DNA of 11,531 bases from Candidatus Fraserbacteria bacterium (GTDB taxonomy: Bacteria > Bipolaricaulota > Bipolaricaulia > RBG-16-55-9), in the NCBI GenBank assembly GCA_037443265.1, contig JBBIOR010000023.1, positions 9,254 to 20,784 of the forward strand, in the 5' to 3' direction. Positions 1-7,129 of the stretch are shown piece after piece. Under the pieces are notes generated by a model that was not told the origin of the DNA, did no database searches, and worked only from the letters and a program-made list of their open reading frames with translations. Position 1 is the first letter of the stretch, and every line of letters starts with the position of its first letter. Both the position numbers and the translations under genes were made by a program.

Positions 1-173
1 TTGCGAGCTGACCGGAGCGCCGCCCGGAGGATCTTCGGCTGCTGAGCAAATCCGCCCCATTGGTTCAAGGGACCGGCCAGCACGGCCGCTCCCACCGCGG
101 CTCAGAGCCCCTTGAGGAAGCGACGTCGACTGATCCGATGGTGTTGCAACTCCACAGAACGCGTTTGAGACAT
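1..173 (-). pseudogene. 5' end of a Tat-exported protein gene with an in-frame TGA at codon 24 (pseudogene, sequence error or recoding); runs off the window edge
   Basis: Manual translation from ATG 173-171: MSQTRSVELQHHRISRRRFLKGL*AAVGAAVLAGPLNQWGGFAQQPKILRAALRSAR. It has a canonical twin-arginine motif (SRRRFLK), an Ala/Gly/Val h-region that continues past the TGA (104-102), and a possible GFA/QQ cleavage site. Strong SD GAAGGAGG lies 7 nt upstream. Not in the ORF track. Confidence 0.75.
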
Positions 174-246
174 CACTAAACCTCCTTCATCGGAATGAGA
201 GTGTTTTAGTCCCGAAGGGACGAGCTTCCAGAAGGTCTAGCGATGT
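170..246 (-). promoter_or_regulatory. mRNA stem sequestering the SD and start codon of the Tat gene (translational attenuator)
   Basis: ACAUCGCUAGACCUUCU (246-230) pairs with AGGAGGUUUAGUGAUGU (186-170) over 17 contiguous pairs, 14 Watson-Crick and 3 G:U. An internal GUCCC-UUC-GGGAC hairpin lies in the intervening loop. Confidence 0.8.
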
Positions 247-458
247 ATGGGAGGATGCTCTACCGTGGGAGGAAAGCCCTCACACAGGGCGGGTTTGTGG
301 ATAGGGGTCAAGATCCAGACTGGCAGAGCGAGGGCGAACAGAAGGGGCTCGACTGTGACCACGCAGGTGAAGGCTTCGTGACAGGAGTTCTCCAAAGGAC
401 TCAGAGTCACAGATAGCAAGACCAAACCTGCCAAAAGCATGATCTGCGCTTTCGCCAT
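237..458 (-). CDS. 73-aa putative leader/arrest peptide (CutF/CruR/DUF2946-like architecture)
   Basis: Hydrophobic signal-like N-terminus, C26-H27-x4-C32, and a Pro-rich C-terminus GFPPTVEHPPIHR. It lies between a strong promoter and the SD-sequestering stem. Its own SD is weak. Confidence 0.7.
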   Translation of the reverse strand: MAKAQIMLLAGLVLLSVTLSPLENSCHEAFTCVVTVEPLLFALALPVWILTPIHKPALCEGFPPTVEHPPIHR

Positions 459-520
459 AGCTCGATCAGTCTCTAGGAGTCAGTGACGCCCGACTCTGCC
501 ATGTGCTGTCCTGCTGTGGC

Positions 521-549
521 ATTCTACTTTGAACTGCTGCGCATGTCAA
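521..549 (-). promoter_or_regulatory. sigma70-type promoter for the leader peptide and Tat gene
   Basis: TTGACA (549-544), 17-bp spacer, TAGAAT (526-521), in the intergenic gap just after the VIT1 stop. Confidence 0.8.
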
Positions 550-561
550 GAAGCGCGTTGC

Positions 562-1659
562 TCACAGATGCCCGGTGATCAGTGCACCGATGAGATAGCC
601 GACGACCGCTACGCCAAGCCCCACAAGGAGCATATCGAGTCCGCTTCGGAAGGCCCCGCGTCCGGTGAAGAGACTGCGGGCTGCGCCCACGGCAAAGTGT
701 GAGAGCATGCTGATCGAAAACGACGTCCAGATGTAGAGGGGGCCCTCTCCGAAGAAGAAGGGCAAGACAGGGATCAGCGCGCCCAAGGCCGTAGCGGTTC
801 CCGTCAAAAGCCCCTCGCGCACCGGCTTTCCCAACTCCCCAGCGATGCCCAGCTCCTCGCGGGCCTTCTCTAGAAGCGCGATCTCGGGATCGGCCATCAC
901 TTGAGCTGCGGCCTGCCGGGCCGCCTCAGCCGGCATCCCCTTGGCTTCATAGAGCAGAGCGAGTTCTTCGGCTTCGATCTCCGGCATCAAGCGCAATTCT
1001 TCGCGCTCCAGCGCCATCTCGTGCTCGTAGACTGCGCGTTCGCTCTTGGCCGCAAGATACCCGCTTGAACCCATCGAGAGCGCATCGGCTACCAAGCCCG
1101 CAAGACCCGAGAGGAGCACAAACGCATGGGGAGCTTCTGCCCCCAACACGCCCATGACCAACCCGAAGTTGGCCGTAAGCCCATCGTTGAAGCCGTAGAC
1201 GACGTTGCGCAAAAAGCCGCCTGATTCGATCCGATGCCAGGGCTCGCCGCGGCGACCGGCAAGCTCAATGAGCAGCTCCGCGTGGCGGGCCTCATCGCGG
1301 GCCACTTGTTGCGAGAGCTCTGCGGCTTTGCTTGAGCTTGGCACTTGACTCTCGCGCAGATAGTCTTTCACTTCGCGGGCCTCTTCTGCAATGCGAAGGG
1401 AAAGCACAATTGAAGCCGCACCACGGCGGACCATCCAGGCCAGAAGCCTGGTCCGCCAACCCGGTCGGAATTCTTTCAGCCGGATGCCCTGCTCAAAAAG
1501 CAGCTTCCGGAAGGCCTCTTGATGCTGAGTCTCGACATCGGCCAGGCGCAGATAGAGCTTCCGGCGGCGCTCGTCACGTTCCAACTCGGCCAGCACTCGA
1601 TAGAGAAAGGCCGATTCGCCCTCGTCCTGCCAGTGCGCGCGCAGGCGCCCCTCGCCCAT
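562..1659 (-). CDS. VIT1/CCC1-family Fe/Mn transporter with N-terminal rubrerythrin/ferritin-like domain
   Basis: VIT1 motifs VYGFNDGLTANFGLVMGV, GLVADALSMGSSGYL and LIPVLPF. The N-terminal four-helix domain has two ExxH motifs (ETQH, EARH). SD GGAG upstream. Confidence 0.92.
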   Translation of the reverse strand: MGEGRLRAHWQDEGESAFLYRVLAELERDERRRKLYLRLADVETQHQEAFRKLLFEQGIRLKEFRPGWRTRLLAWMVRRGAASIVLSLRIAEEAREVKDYLRESQVPSSSKAAELSQQVARDEARHAELLIELAGRRGEPWHRIESGGFLRNVVYGFNDGLTANFGLVMGVLGAEAPHAFVLLSGLAGLVADALSMGSSGYLAAKSERAVYEHEMALEREELRLMPEIEAEELALLYEAKGMPAEAARQAAAQVMADPEIALLEKAREELGIAGELGKPVREGLLTGTATALGALIPVLPFFFGEGPLYIWTSFSISMLSHFAVGAARSLFTGRGAFRSGLDMLLVGLGVAVVGYLIGALITGHL

Positions 1660-1683
1660 TCCCTTGCTCCTAGCCAGAGTTCA

Positions 1684-2055
1684 TCAAGTCTTGGTGCTCA
1701 GAGCCAGTGCTCCGCCGATGACGCCCAGCACTCCCGCCAGAAGGCCACCCATCCCCAAGAAGAAATTCAGAGCCGAAGCGACTAAGATGACGATGCCCCA
1801 GCCCGAGCTTTGGGCCGGCCGACTGTAAAGCATTCCGGCACCGATGAGCACGACAATTCCTGCAAGGATGCCAAACCACGGCCACCAGAGTGCAGGGGCA
1901 AAACCCCGTACCATGCCATGGCCCCACATCCAACTGGCCATCCCGTCCCAGCCGAAGCTGTACATCATCGCCCCGCTGGCGAGCATCCACAAGCCTGCCA
2001 GAAGCGCAAGCACAAAGGCGGCTGTGGGCTTCTCAGCCGATTGCCCCGTTGCCAT
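1684..2055 (-). CDS. 123-aa integral membrane protein (about 4 TM) with a Met/Gly/Trp/His-rich loop; possibly DUF6114/DUF4064-like
   Basis: Start reassigned to ATG 2055 (MATGQSAEK) behind SD AAAGGAGG. Four hydrophobic segments ending GGLLAGVLGVIGGALAL. Confidence 0.8.
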   Translation of the reverse strand: MATGQSAEKPTAAFVLALLAGLWMLASGAMMYSFGWDGMASWMWGHGMVRGFAPALWWPWFGILAGIVVLIGAGMLYSRPAQSSGWGIVILVASALNFFLGMGGLLAGVLGVIGGALALSTKT

Positions 2056-2102
2056 ACGCTTACCCCTCCTTTCTACCCCCCATAAGGCTTGACGCCCACA
2101 AG

Positions 2103-2111
2103 AGTATAGCA
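2103..2111 (-). promoter_or_regulatory. possible extended -10 promoter for the membrane protein and VIT1 genes
   Basis: TGcTATACT in the 2056-2143 intergenic region, with no recognisable -35. The same TATGCTATA context occurs at the 9593-9603 promoter. Confidence 0.5.
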
Positions 2112-2143
2112 TACACGCACGGCCACGATCTTTCTTCAGCGCC

Positions 2144-3049
2144 TCAGGGAGGACATACCGGCTCGGGCACCTTCACTGAGAGCCTGTCATTGAACTGTCT
2201 AGGATCGAACTCGGGAAGATTCGCTGGATCAAAGATGCTATCGGGCAGCTCGCCGATGTCCTCACGCGCCGTGATGGTCACCGTCGTCGAGCTGCCCTCT
2301 AAGAGATCCTTGACGACAATCGTGTTCGCCTCCAAACGATCCCTGAACGTCACAAGATCGTCCACGGTGAAGATGTCTTGCAGCTTGCCGACGGTGTTCG
2401 TGTTCTCCGATTTGAGCACGAGAAACTCCTGCTGATCCACCCAGACCTTGCGCTCGGGGAAGGGGTCATCGGGATTGTTCTTGGGGTTGGCGGTGAGCTT
2501 GAGCACGTAGGCCGGACGATCTTGCTTTTCGCCGTTGACGGTGAGTCCGTGGATTGCCTCCTCGCCTAAGAGCTCGGCGTCGAAGTCAAAGCGCAGCTGG
2601 CTGCGTCCGATCTGATCGAATTGAATATTCGAGCCCGCAAAGCTCCCCTGGCGCTCTCCGGTTGCGATCAGCTGCTTGACTTGCCCCAGTGCCGGAAGAA
2701 ATAAAAAGAGATCTGACTTCTGGCCGGGGATCTTCTTATCGATGCTAAGAAAGATCGTGCCGCAGGTCTCCGCGGGAGGGGCCAGAAAGTAGATGAGCAC
2801 GCGATTGGGTACCTGGGGGTCAGCGGAGTTCTTGCTGAAGAAGACGAAGTTTTTGTCTTGGCTGGTCCCGGTTCTATCGACAATGGTGAACGTCAAGAAG
2901 GCGATCTGGCTTCCCAGACCGCCCAGACCCCCTCGGGCATCGACTCTTGCGAGGATCTCCTGTCCGGTCAAGGGCTGTGCTTGTAGAGAGATCAACAGGC
3001 CCATCAGCATAAGAGCGGCCGTGAAGGTAATTCGCGCTACTCGCATCAT
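2144..3049 (-). CDS. LolA-like 'outer membrane lipoprotein-sorting protein' (copy 2), exported
   Basis: Signal peptide (..SLQA/QP), then GQEILARVD, LIYFLAP, LFLFLPALGQVKQL, GSFAGSNI, KVWVD and LPDSIFDP, which are typical of MMPL-associated LolA-like proteins. SD AAGGAGGT. Confidence 0.85.
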   Translation of the reverse strand: MMRVARITFTAALMLMGLLISLQAQPLTGQEILARVDARGGLGGLGSQIAFLTFTIVDRTGTSQDKNFVFFSKNSADPQVPNRVLIYFLAPPAETCGTIFLSIDKKIPGQKSDLFLFLPALGQVKQLIATGERQGSFAGSNIQFDQIGRSQLRFDFDAELLGEEAIHGLTVNGEKQDRPAYVLKLTANPKNNPDDPFPERKVWVDQQEFLVLKSENTNTVGKLQDIFTVDDLVTFRDRLEANTIVVKDLLEGSSTTVTITAREDIGELPDSIFDPANLPEFDPRQFNDRLSVKVPEPVCPP

Positions 3050-3055
3050 TGAGTA

Positions 3056-5368
3056 TCAGACCTCCTTGGTAGCTAGTGCTCTTTGAACGGCCCCTCGCCT
3101 GCTGAGAAAACGCGGCTTTAGGGTCAAGAGCAAGGCTGGAATGAGCGTGTAGCACCCTAAGAACGACCAGATCATCGTCAAGTTGATGAGCAGGCCGAAG
3201 TTGCGCAGGCCCTGGAAATCCGAGAGATAGAAGACGGCGAAGCCGGCCGTGAGCGTAATGGCATTAAAGAGAATCCCGCGGCCCATGGTGCGCATGGCGA
3301 TCTCATGGGCTTCTGACAAGCTATGTCCACGTTCTATCTCCGTCTTCCAGCGGACCATGAAGTTTATAGTATAGTCGATCCCCACGCCCACCGCGATGCT
3401 GCCGATCATAAGCGAGGCGAGATCCAGCGGCAGGCCGAGATAGCTCATCGTGCCTAAGTTCATCACGATGGTGAGGATCATGGGGGAGACGGCCACGATA
3501 GCCGCCACCAGGGAACGGAGCAGCAGAGCCACGATGAGGAAAGCCGCGATCAAGGCGAGCAAGAGCGTACGTCCGGTGTCGGGCAGCGTCCGGGTGGCCA
3601 GCGAGGCCCAAGCCTGTTCGGGACCTACGAGCTTCGCCCGAGCCTGAAAGTGCTCTTGTAGATAGCTCTCTACCCGCTGCGTCAGTGTTGCAATTTGCGC
3701 GCTGCTTAGGAGCTTCGTGCGGGCCACCACCTCCCCACGTGAGAAGTCCAGGGTGGCCATATGGCCCAGATTGCCGCCGCTGAACGTAAAGAGCGTAAGG
3801 AGCTGCGCCGCCAGTTTCGAGTCGGCGGGGATGACGTAATAGCTGGGATCATCGGCGTGAAATTTCTGGTTCATCTCACGGACGAGATTCGCCAGCGAGG
3901 TGACGTTGCCCCCATACTCTGGCTGTTCTTTCAGATATTCCTGCAGGGCCACGATCTTTCTTAGCACGGCCGGATCTTGGAGGCCACCCGGCCTTCCGGT
4001 GTCAATGAGGATGGAGAGCTGCATGCTGCCCCCGAGATGGCGCTCGAGGGCGTTGCTGGCGATCATGGCCGGATGGTCTTTGCCCAAGAACTCTGAGGGG
4101 GTCGTCTCCACCCGCAAGTGGGGGATGGCGACGGCGAAGGCGATCAAGATGGCTCCCGCTACGCCCAGCACCCAGCCGCGTCGCCGGTCGATGAGGCGGC
4201 CGAAGCGAACGAGGGCATTCGGCAGCCAGCCGTGCTCATAGTCATACTGCTTCTTTGAGATGGGCAGAAGCGCTAAGATGGCCGGAAGCAGCGTAAAGTT
4301 AATCACCAGCGTGTAGAAGACCCCGACGGCGATGAAGAGCCCAAATGTTCTTTGCGGCCAAAGAGTTGCGGCGAGCAGCGATAGAAATCCTGCGATCTCC
4401 GCCAGGGCGTCCATGGCCAGCGGCTTGCCCATGTCCTGCATGGTATTGATGATGATCTCTCGTTTTGAGAGTCGGCCGTGGTGCATGGCCTCTTCATAAT
4501 AGCGATTGACAGTGTAGATGGCATACGCCTTGCTGATCATGATGAGCATCACGGGCAGGAAGAACGAGAAGGGCGTCATGGGCGAGCGCACGAGGGCCAT
4601 CGTCCCCACGGTCCAGAGGGTGCCCAAAATCATGAGCAAGAAGGGCAAAGCCACCCCGCGCCCCGTGCCAAAGGCCATGAAGACGAGAAGCTCCATCACG
4701 AGAATGACAAGAGGCGTGAGCAGCTTCAGATCCTCCTGCATGCTGCGGGCAATCGACGTGCGCAGCTGGGGCACGCCGCCCACGTAGATCACTAGCCCCG
4801 ACTCCTCGTAAGACTCAGCGATCTCTGTGACCCCTTCGACGAGGGCTGCGGTGTCGTCGAGGTAGGGATTGAGTTTGAGTATGATGCCGGCAGCCTTTTC
4901 GCTCTCGGCAAAGATATAGCCGCGAAGATTACGATCTCCCATCACTTTGCGGCGGTAGAGTTCCAGCTCCTCGGGCGCCCGGGGCAAGATCTCGGCCGCC
5001 GGCTCGATGACGAGCGTCTTTTGGGTAGCGGAGATGACGGTGGCCGTGGTAGGCCCGATCACATCATCCACGCCCCGAAGAGTTTTGAACTTCTCTTCCA
5101 TCTGGCGGATCTTGGCGATCGTGGGGATCTTAAAGACCGTGTCGGGCGCCTCGATCAGCACCATGAAGAACTCTTGAGAGCCAAAGATCTTCTCTGCCTG
5201 CTGCATCCGCTGGACAGCCTCATCTCTTTCAGGCAAGAATTTCTTGAAATCCGTCTCGAAGCGGATCTGAGGGATGAAAGCGAGGAAGAAGAGCGTCACG
5301 ATGAGGATGGCAGCCAGCGTAAGATGAGGGTGGTCGACGACTGTGCCAGTCCAACGCCTTAGGAGCAT
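3056..5368 (-). CDS. MMPL-family RND transporter (copy 2), about 770 aa
   Basis: Two repeats of TM + extracytoplasmic domain + 5 TM, with GVGIDYTINF in the second repeat. Start moved to ATG 5368 (MLLRRW) to avoid overlap with the upstream gene. SD is weak, so the start is uncertain. Confidence 0.9.
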   Translation of the reverse strand: MLLRRWTGTVVDHPHLTLAAILIVTLFFLAFIPQIRFETDFKKFLPERDEAVQRMQQAEKIFGSQEFFMVLIEAPDTVFKIPTIAKIRQMEEKFKTLRGVDDVIGPTTATVISATQKTLVIEPAAEILPRAPEELELYRRKVMGDRNLRGYIFAESEKAAGIILKLNPYLDDTAALVEGVTEIAESYEESGLVIYVGGVPQLRTSIARSMQEDLKLLTPLVILVMELLVFMAFGTGRGVALPFLLMILGTLWTVGTMALVRSPMTPFSFFLPVMLIMISKAYAIYTVNRYYEEAMHHGRLSKREIIINTMQDMGKPLAMDALAEIAGFLSLLAATLWPQRTFGLFIAVGVFYTLVINFTLLPAILALLPISKKQYDYEHGWLPNALVRFGRLIDRRRGWVLGVAGAILIAFAVAIPHLRVETTPSEFLGKDHPAMIASNALERHLGGSMQLSILIDTGRPGGLQDPAVLRKIVALQEYLKEQPEYGGNVTSLANLVREMNQKFHADDPSYYVIPADSKLAAQLLTLFTFSGGNLGHMATLDFSRGEVVARTKLLSSAQIATLTQRVESYLQEHFQARAKLVGPEQAWASLATRTLPDTGRTLLLALIAAFLIVALLLRSLVAAIVAVSPMILTIVMNLGTMSYLGLPLDLASLMIGSIAVGVGIDYTINFMVRWKTEIERGHSLSEAHEIAMRTMGRGILFNAITLTAGFAVFYLSDFQGLRNFGLLINLTMIWSFLGCYTLIPALLLTLKPRFLSRRGAVQRALATKEV

Positions 5369-5388
5369 GTCTACACTGCTGGGATGAG

Positions 5389-5880
5389 CTACTTCAACCA
5401 GCCGTTCCGTGCGAAGATGGCGGCAAACCAAGCGGGGATGAGATCCTCCATGACGCCCACGGCTTGCAGCTGGCCTTGGGAGCCCTGCTCAATGAGGGCT
5501 TGGATCGCCTGGATGCCTGCCAGAATCTCCCAGCGGGTCTGATGAGTAATGGGGCGCGTCGCAATCCACAGTTGCCGCAAAGAGCCGTCTTCAAGCCCGC
5601 GGGGGACGATGAGGATCATCTCGTATTGCTCCCCGGTCGAATTGGAGCCTAATGGGTCATCAAAGCTCGATTGGACGTTAGCCCACTTCGCCTCCAACTG
5701 GAACAGACCCGTGTTTTTGAGGGCCTGGGCTAGGATCTGGACCAAGATGGAGGCTTGGAGTGTCTGGGTCTCATCCACCAGGAGCAGATCGACCTTCTCC
5801 ATCTCGGCTTGAGATCCAGCAACTCCCCCTCCGCTTAAGAGCAGAAGGCCTATGAGAAGGATAGCCAGCGTCTGTCTCAT
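5389..5880 (-). CDS. exported hypothetical protein, about 163 aa
   Basis: ATG 5880 behind AAAGGGGTG. Signal peptide MRQTLAILLIGLLLLSGGGVAG. Tightly packed in the operon. No family recognised. Confidence 0.75.
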   Translation of the reverse strand: MRQTLAILLIGLLLLSGGGVAGSQAEMEKVDLLLVDETQTLQASILVQILAQALKNTGLFQLEAKWANVQSSFDDPLGSNSTGEQYEMILIVPRGLEDGSLRQLWIATRPITHQTRWEILAGIQAIQALIEQGSQGQLQAVGVMEDLIPAWFAAIFARNGWLK

Positions 5881-5904
5881 GCGGTGCACCCCTTTCCGTG
5901 ATCG

Positions 5905-6258
5905 TCATCTCCTTACGCGCGGCGGTCGAGCCATCTTGATGACCCGCTCGCCCGCCAGAAGCTGCTCCAGCGTCACTTCCCGCATCAGCCGACAGGCTTC
6001 AATCACTTTGGGGTTGGCGATTCTGTAAAACACCCGCAGCCCCTCTTTCCGAGTGACAACGATGTTGTAATGGCGCAACAAGGCCAGATGTTGCGAGACG
6101 TTGGCCTTGGGAATATTCATGGCCTGCGTCAGCTCATCCACAGACTTCTCACCCTGGCTTAAGAGATCGATGATCTCTAGGCGCTTAGGGTTGGCCATGA
6201 GGCTGCAGACCTGAGCGTGCAGCTTATAGGCTTCTCTTCTGAGTTCTCCTCTGTCCAT
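5905..6258 (-). CDS. ArsR/SmtB-family transcriptional regulator
   Basis: ANPKRLEIIDLL, SVDEL, NVSQHLALLR and VVTRKEGLRVFY form the winged-helix signature. Confidence 0.93.
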   Translation of the reverse strand: MDRGELRREAYKLHAQVCSLMANPKRLEIIDLLSQGEKSVDELTQAMNIPKANVSQHLALLRHYNIVVTRKEGLRVFYRIANPKVIEACRLMREVTLEQLLAGERVIKMARPPRVRR

Positions 6259-6274
6259 CCCGCATACTCATGCT

Positions 6275-7129
6275 CTACTTCCCCAGATTATTGGGATCAA
6301 AGACGCTCTCAGGGATGCCCGTGTTGTACTCAACATTGCTGAAGGTGTATGTACTTGTAGTCTGAGTCTGGACGTTCTCGGCGGTGGCGCTTATGGCCGT
6401 CCAGACGACTGCGCTGCCCCCAGCCGATCTCGTGACTGTTCGCTGCTCTTGCTGGTTTACCCGCAGCACCCGCAGCAGGTTCCCTTGCTTGTCGTAGAGC
6501 TCTTCTTTGAGAATCATTAGGCTTGCTTGATCGATCCAGGCCACCCGGCGACTGAATTCCGCAGTGGTGGGTTCGTTGGGGATGCTTTCTATCACCCAAG
6601 TGGCGCGGCCCTCTAAGGTTTCAGTCCGGAGCAGGGCATGAGAGTCGGCACCGGCCGGCCGACGGGTGGCATCCTGATAGTTGAAGACGCTTCCGAAGAG
6701 CGACTGGCGCTGGTTCTCGGGTTCGACCTTCTTCACCAACTTCACGGCCGGAAGATACAACCAGAAGTCATCGGGCTTGGGGTACTCGTTCTCCCAGGCA
6801 AGAAAAGCCAAATCTTTCGAGTCCTCCGGAGCCTGAACGACCACCAGCACCTTGTAATTCATCTTCTCTCGGTCGTAGAGCCGGGTCAGCATCTTAAGCG
6901 TCAGCGTCTTAGTCTGGCCCTCGCGGCTCGTCTCTAGAGTCACTTGGGCCTTGAAATCATCGCCCTGATAGCGGTCCTCGACTCGCTTCATGATCTCCTC
7001 GGCCGAAGGCCCTTGTGCCCAAGTAGTGTGCACTGACGCCATGCCATAAGCCAAAAGCCCCATGGCCACTGCACACACGATTTCGAACCTCGCGAGCAAC
7101 AGCGCAGCTATAAGCCTGAGCTTCTTCAT
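6275..7129 (-). CDS. LolA-like 'outer membrane lipoprotein-sorting protein' (copy 1), 284 aa, exported
   Basis: True start ATG 7129 (MKKLRL) with SD AAGGAGGAG and an ATGA overlap with the MMPL-1 stop. Motifs SAEEIMKRV, DDFWLYLPAVKLVKKV, SLFGSVFNYQD, YDKQGNLLR and YNTGIPESVF. Confidence 0.88.
   Translation of the reverse strand: MKKLRLIAALLLARFEIVCAVAMGLLAYGMASVHTTWAQGPSAEEIMKRVEDRYQGDDFKAQVTLETSREGQTKTLTLKMLTRLYDREKMNYKVLVVVQAPEDSKDLAFLAWENEYPKPDDFWLYLPAVKLVKKVEPENQRQSLFGSVFNYQDATRRPAGADSHALLRTETLEGRATWVIESIPNEPTTAEFSRRVAWIDQASLMILKEELYDKQGNLLRVLRVNQQEQRTVTRSAGGSAVVWTAISATAENVQTQTTSTYTFSNVEYNTGIPESVFDPNNLGK

Noticed and set aside
102..104. Genome-wide TGA reassignment (genetic code 4 or 25)
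   Set aside because: Several genes end cleanly at TGA with the next gene or promoter immediately following.
205..222. GTCCC-GAA-GGGAC hairpin as an intrinsic terminator
   Set aside because: Short stem with no U-tract on the coding (minus) strand. Better explained as part of the attenuator loop.
2073..2090. G-tract GCCTTATGGGGGGTA resembling a CsoR operator half-site
   Set aside because: The complementary TACC half is missing and no csoR gene is in the window.
2089..2117. Plus-strand TTGACG-17-TACACG promoter-like sequence
   Set aside because: Poor -10 and no plus-strand gene downstream.
7080..7096. Partial copy of the operator (TTTCGAaccTCGCGA) inside the LolA-1 5' end
   Set aside because: Wrong spacing and a mismatched second half-site, within coding sequence.
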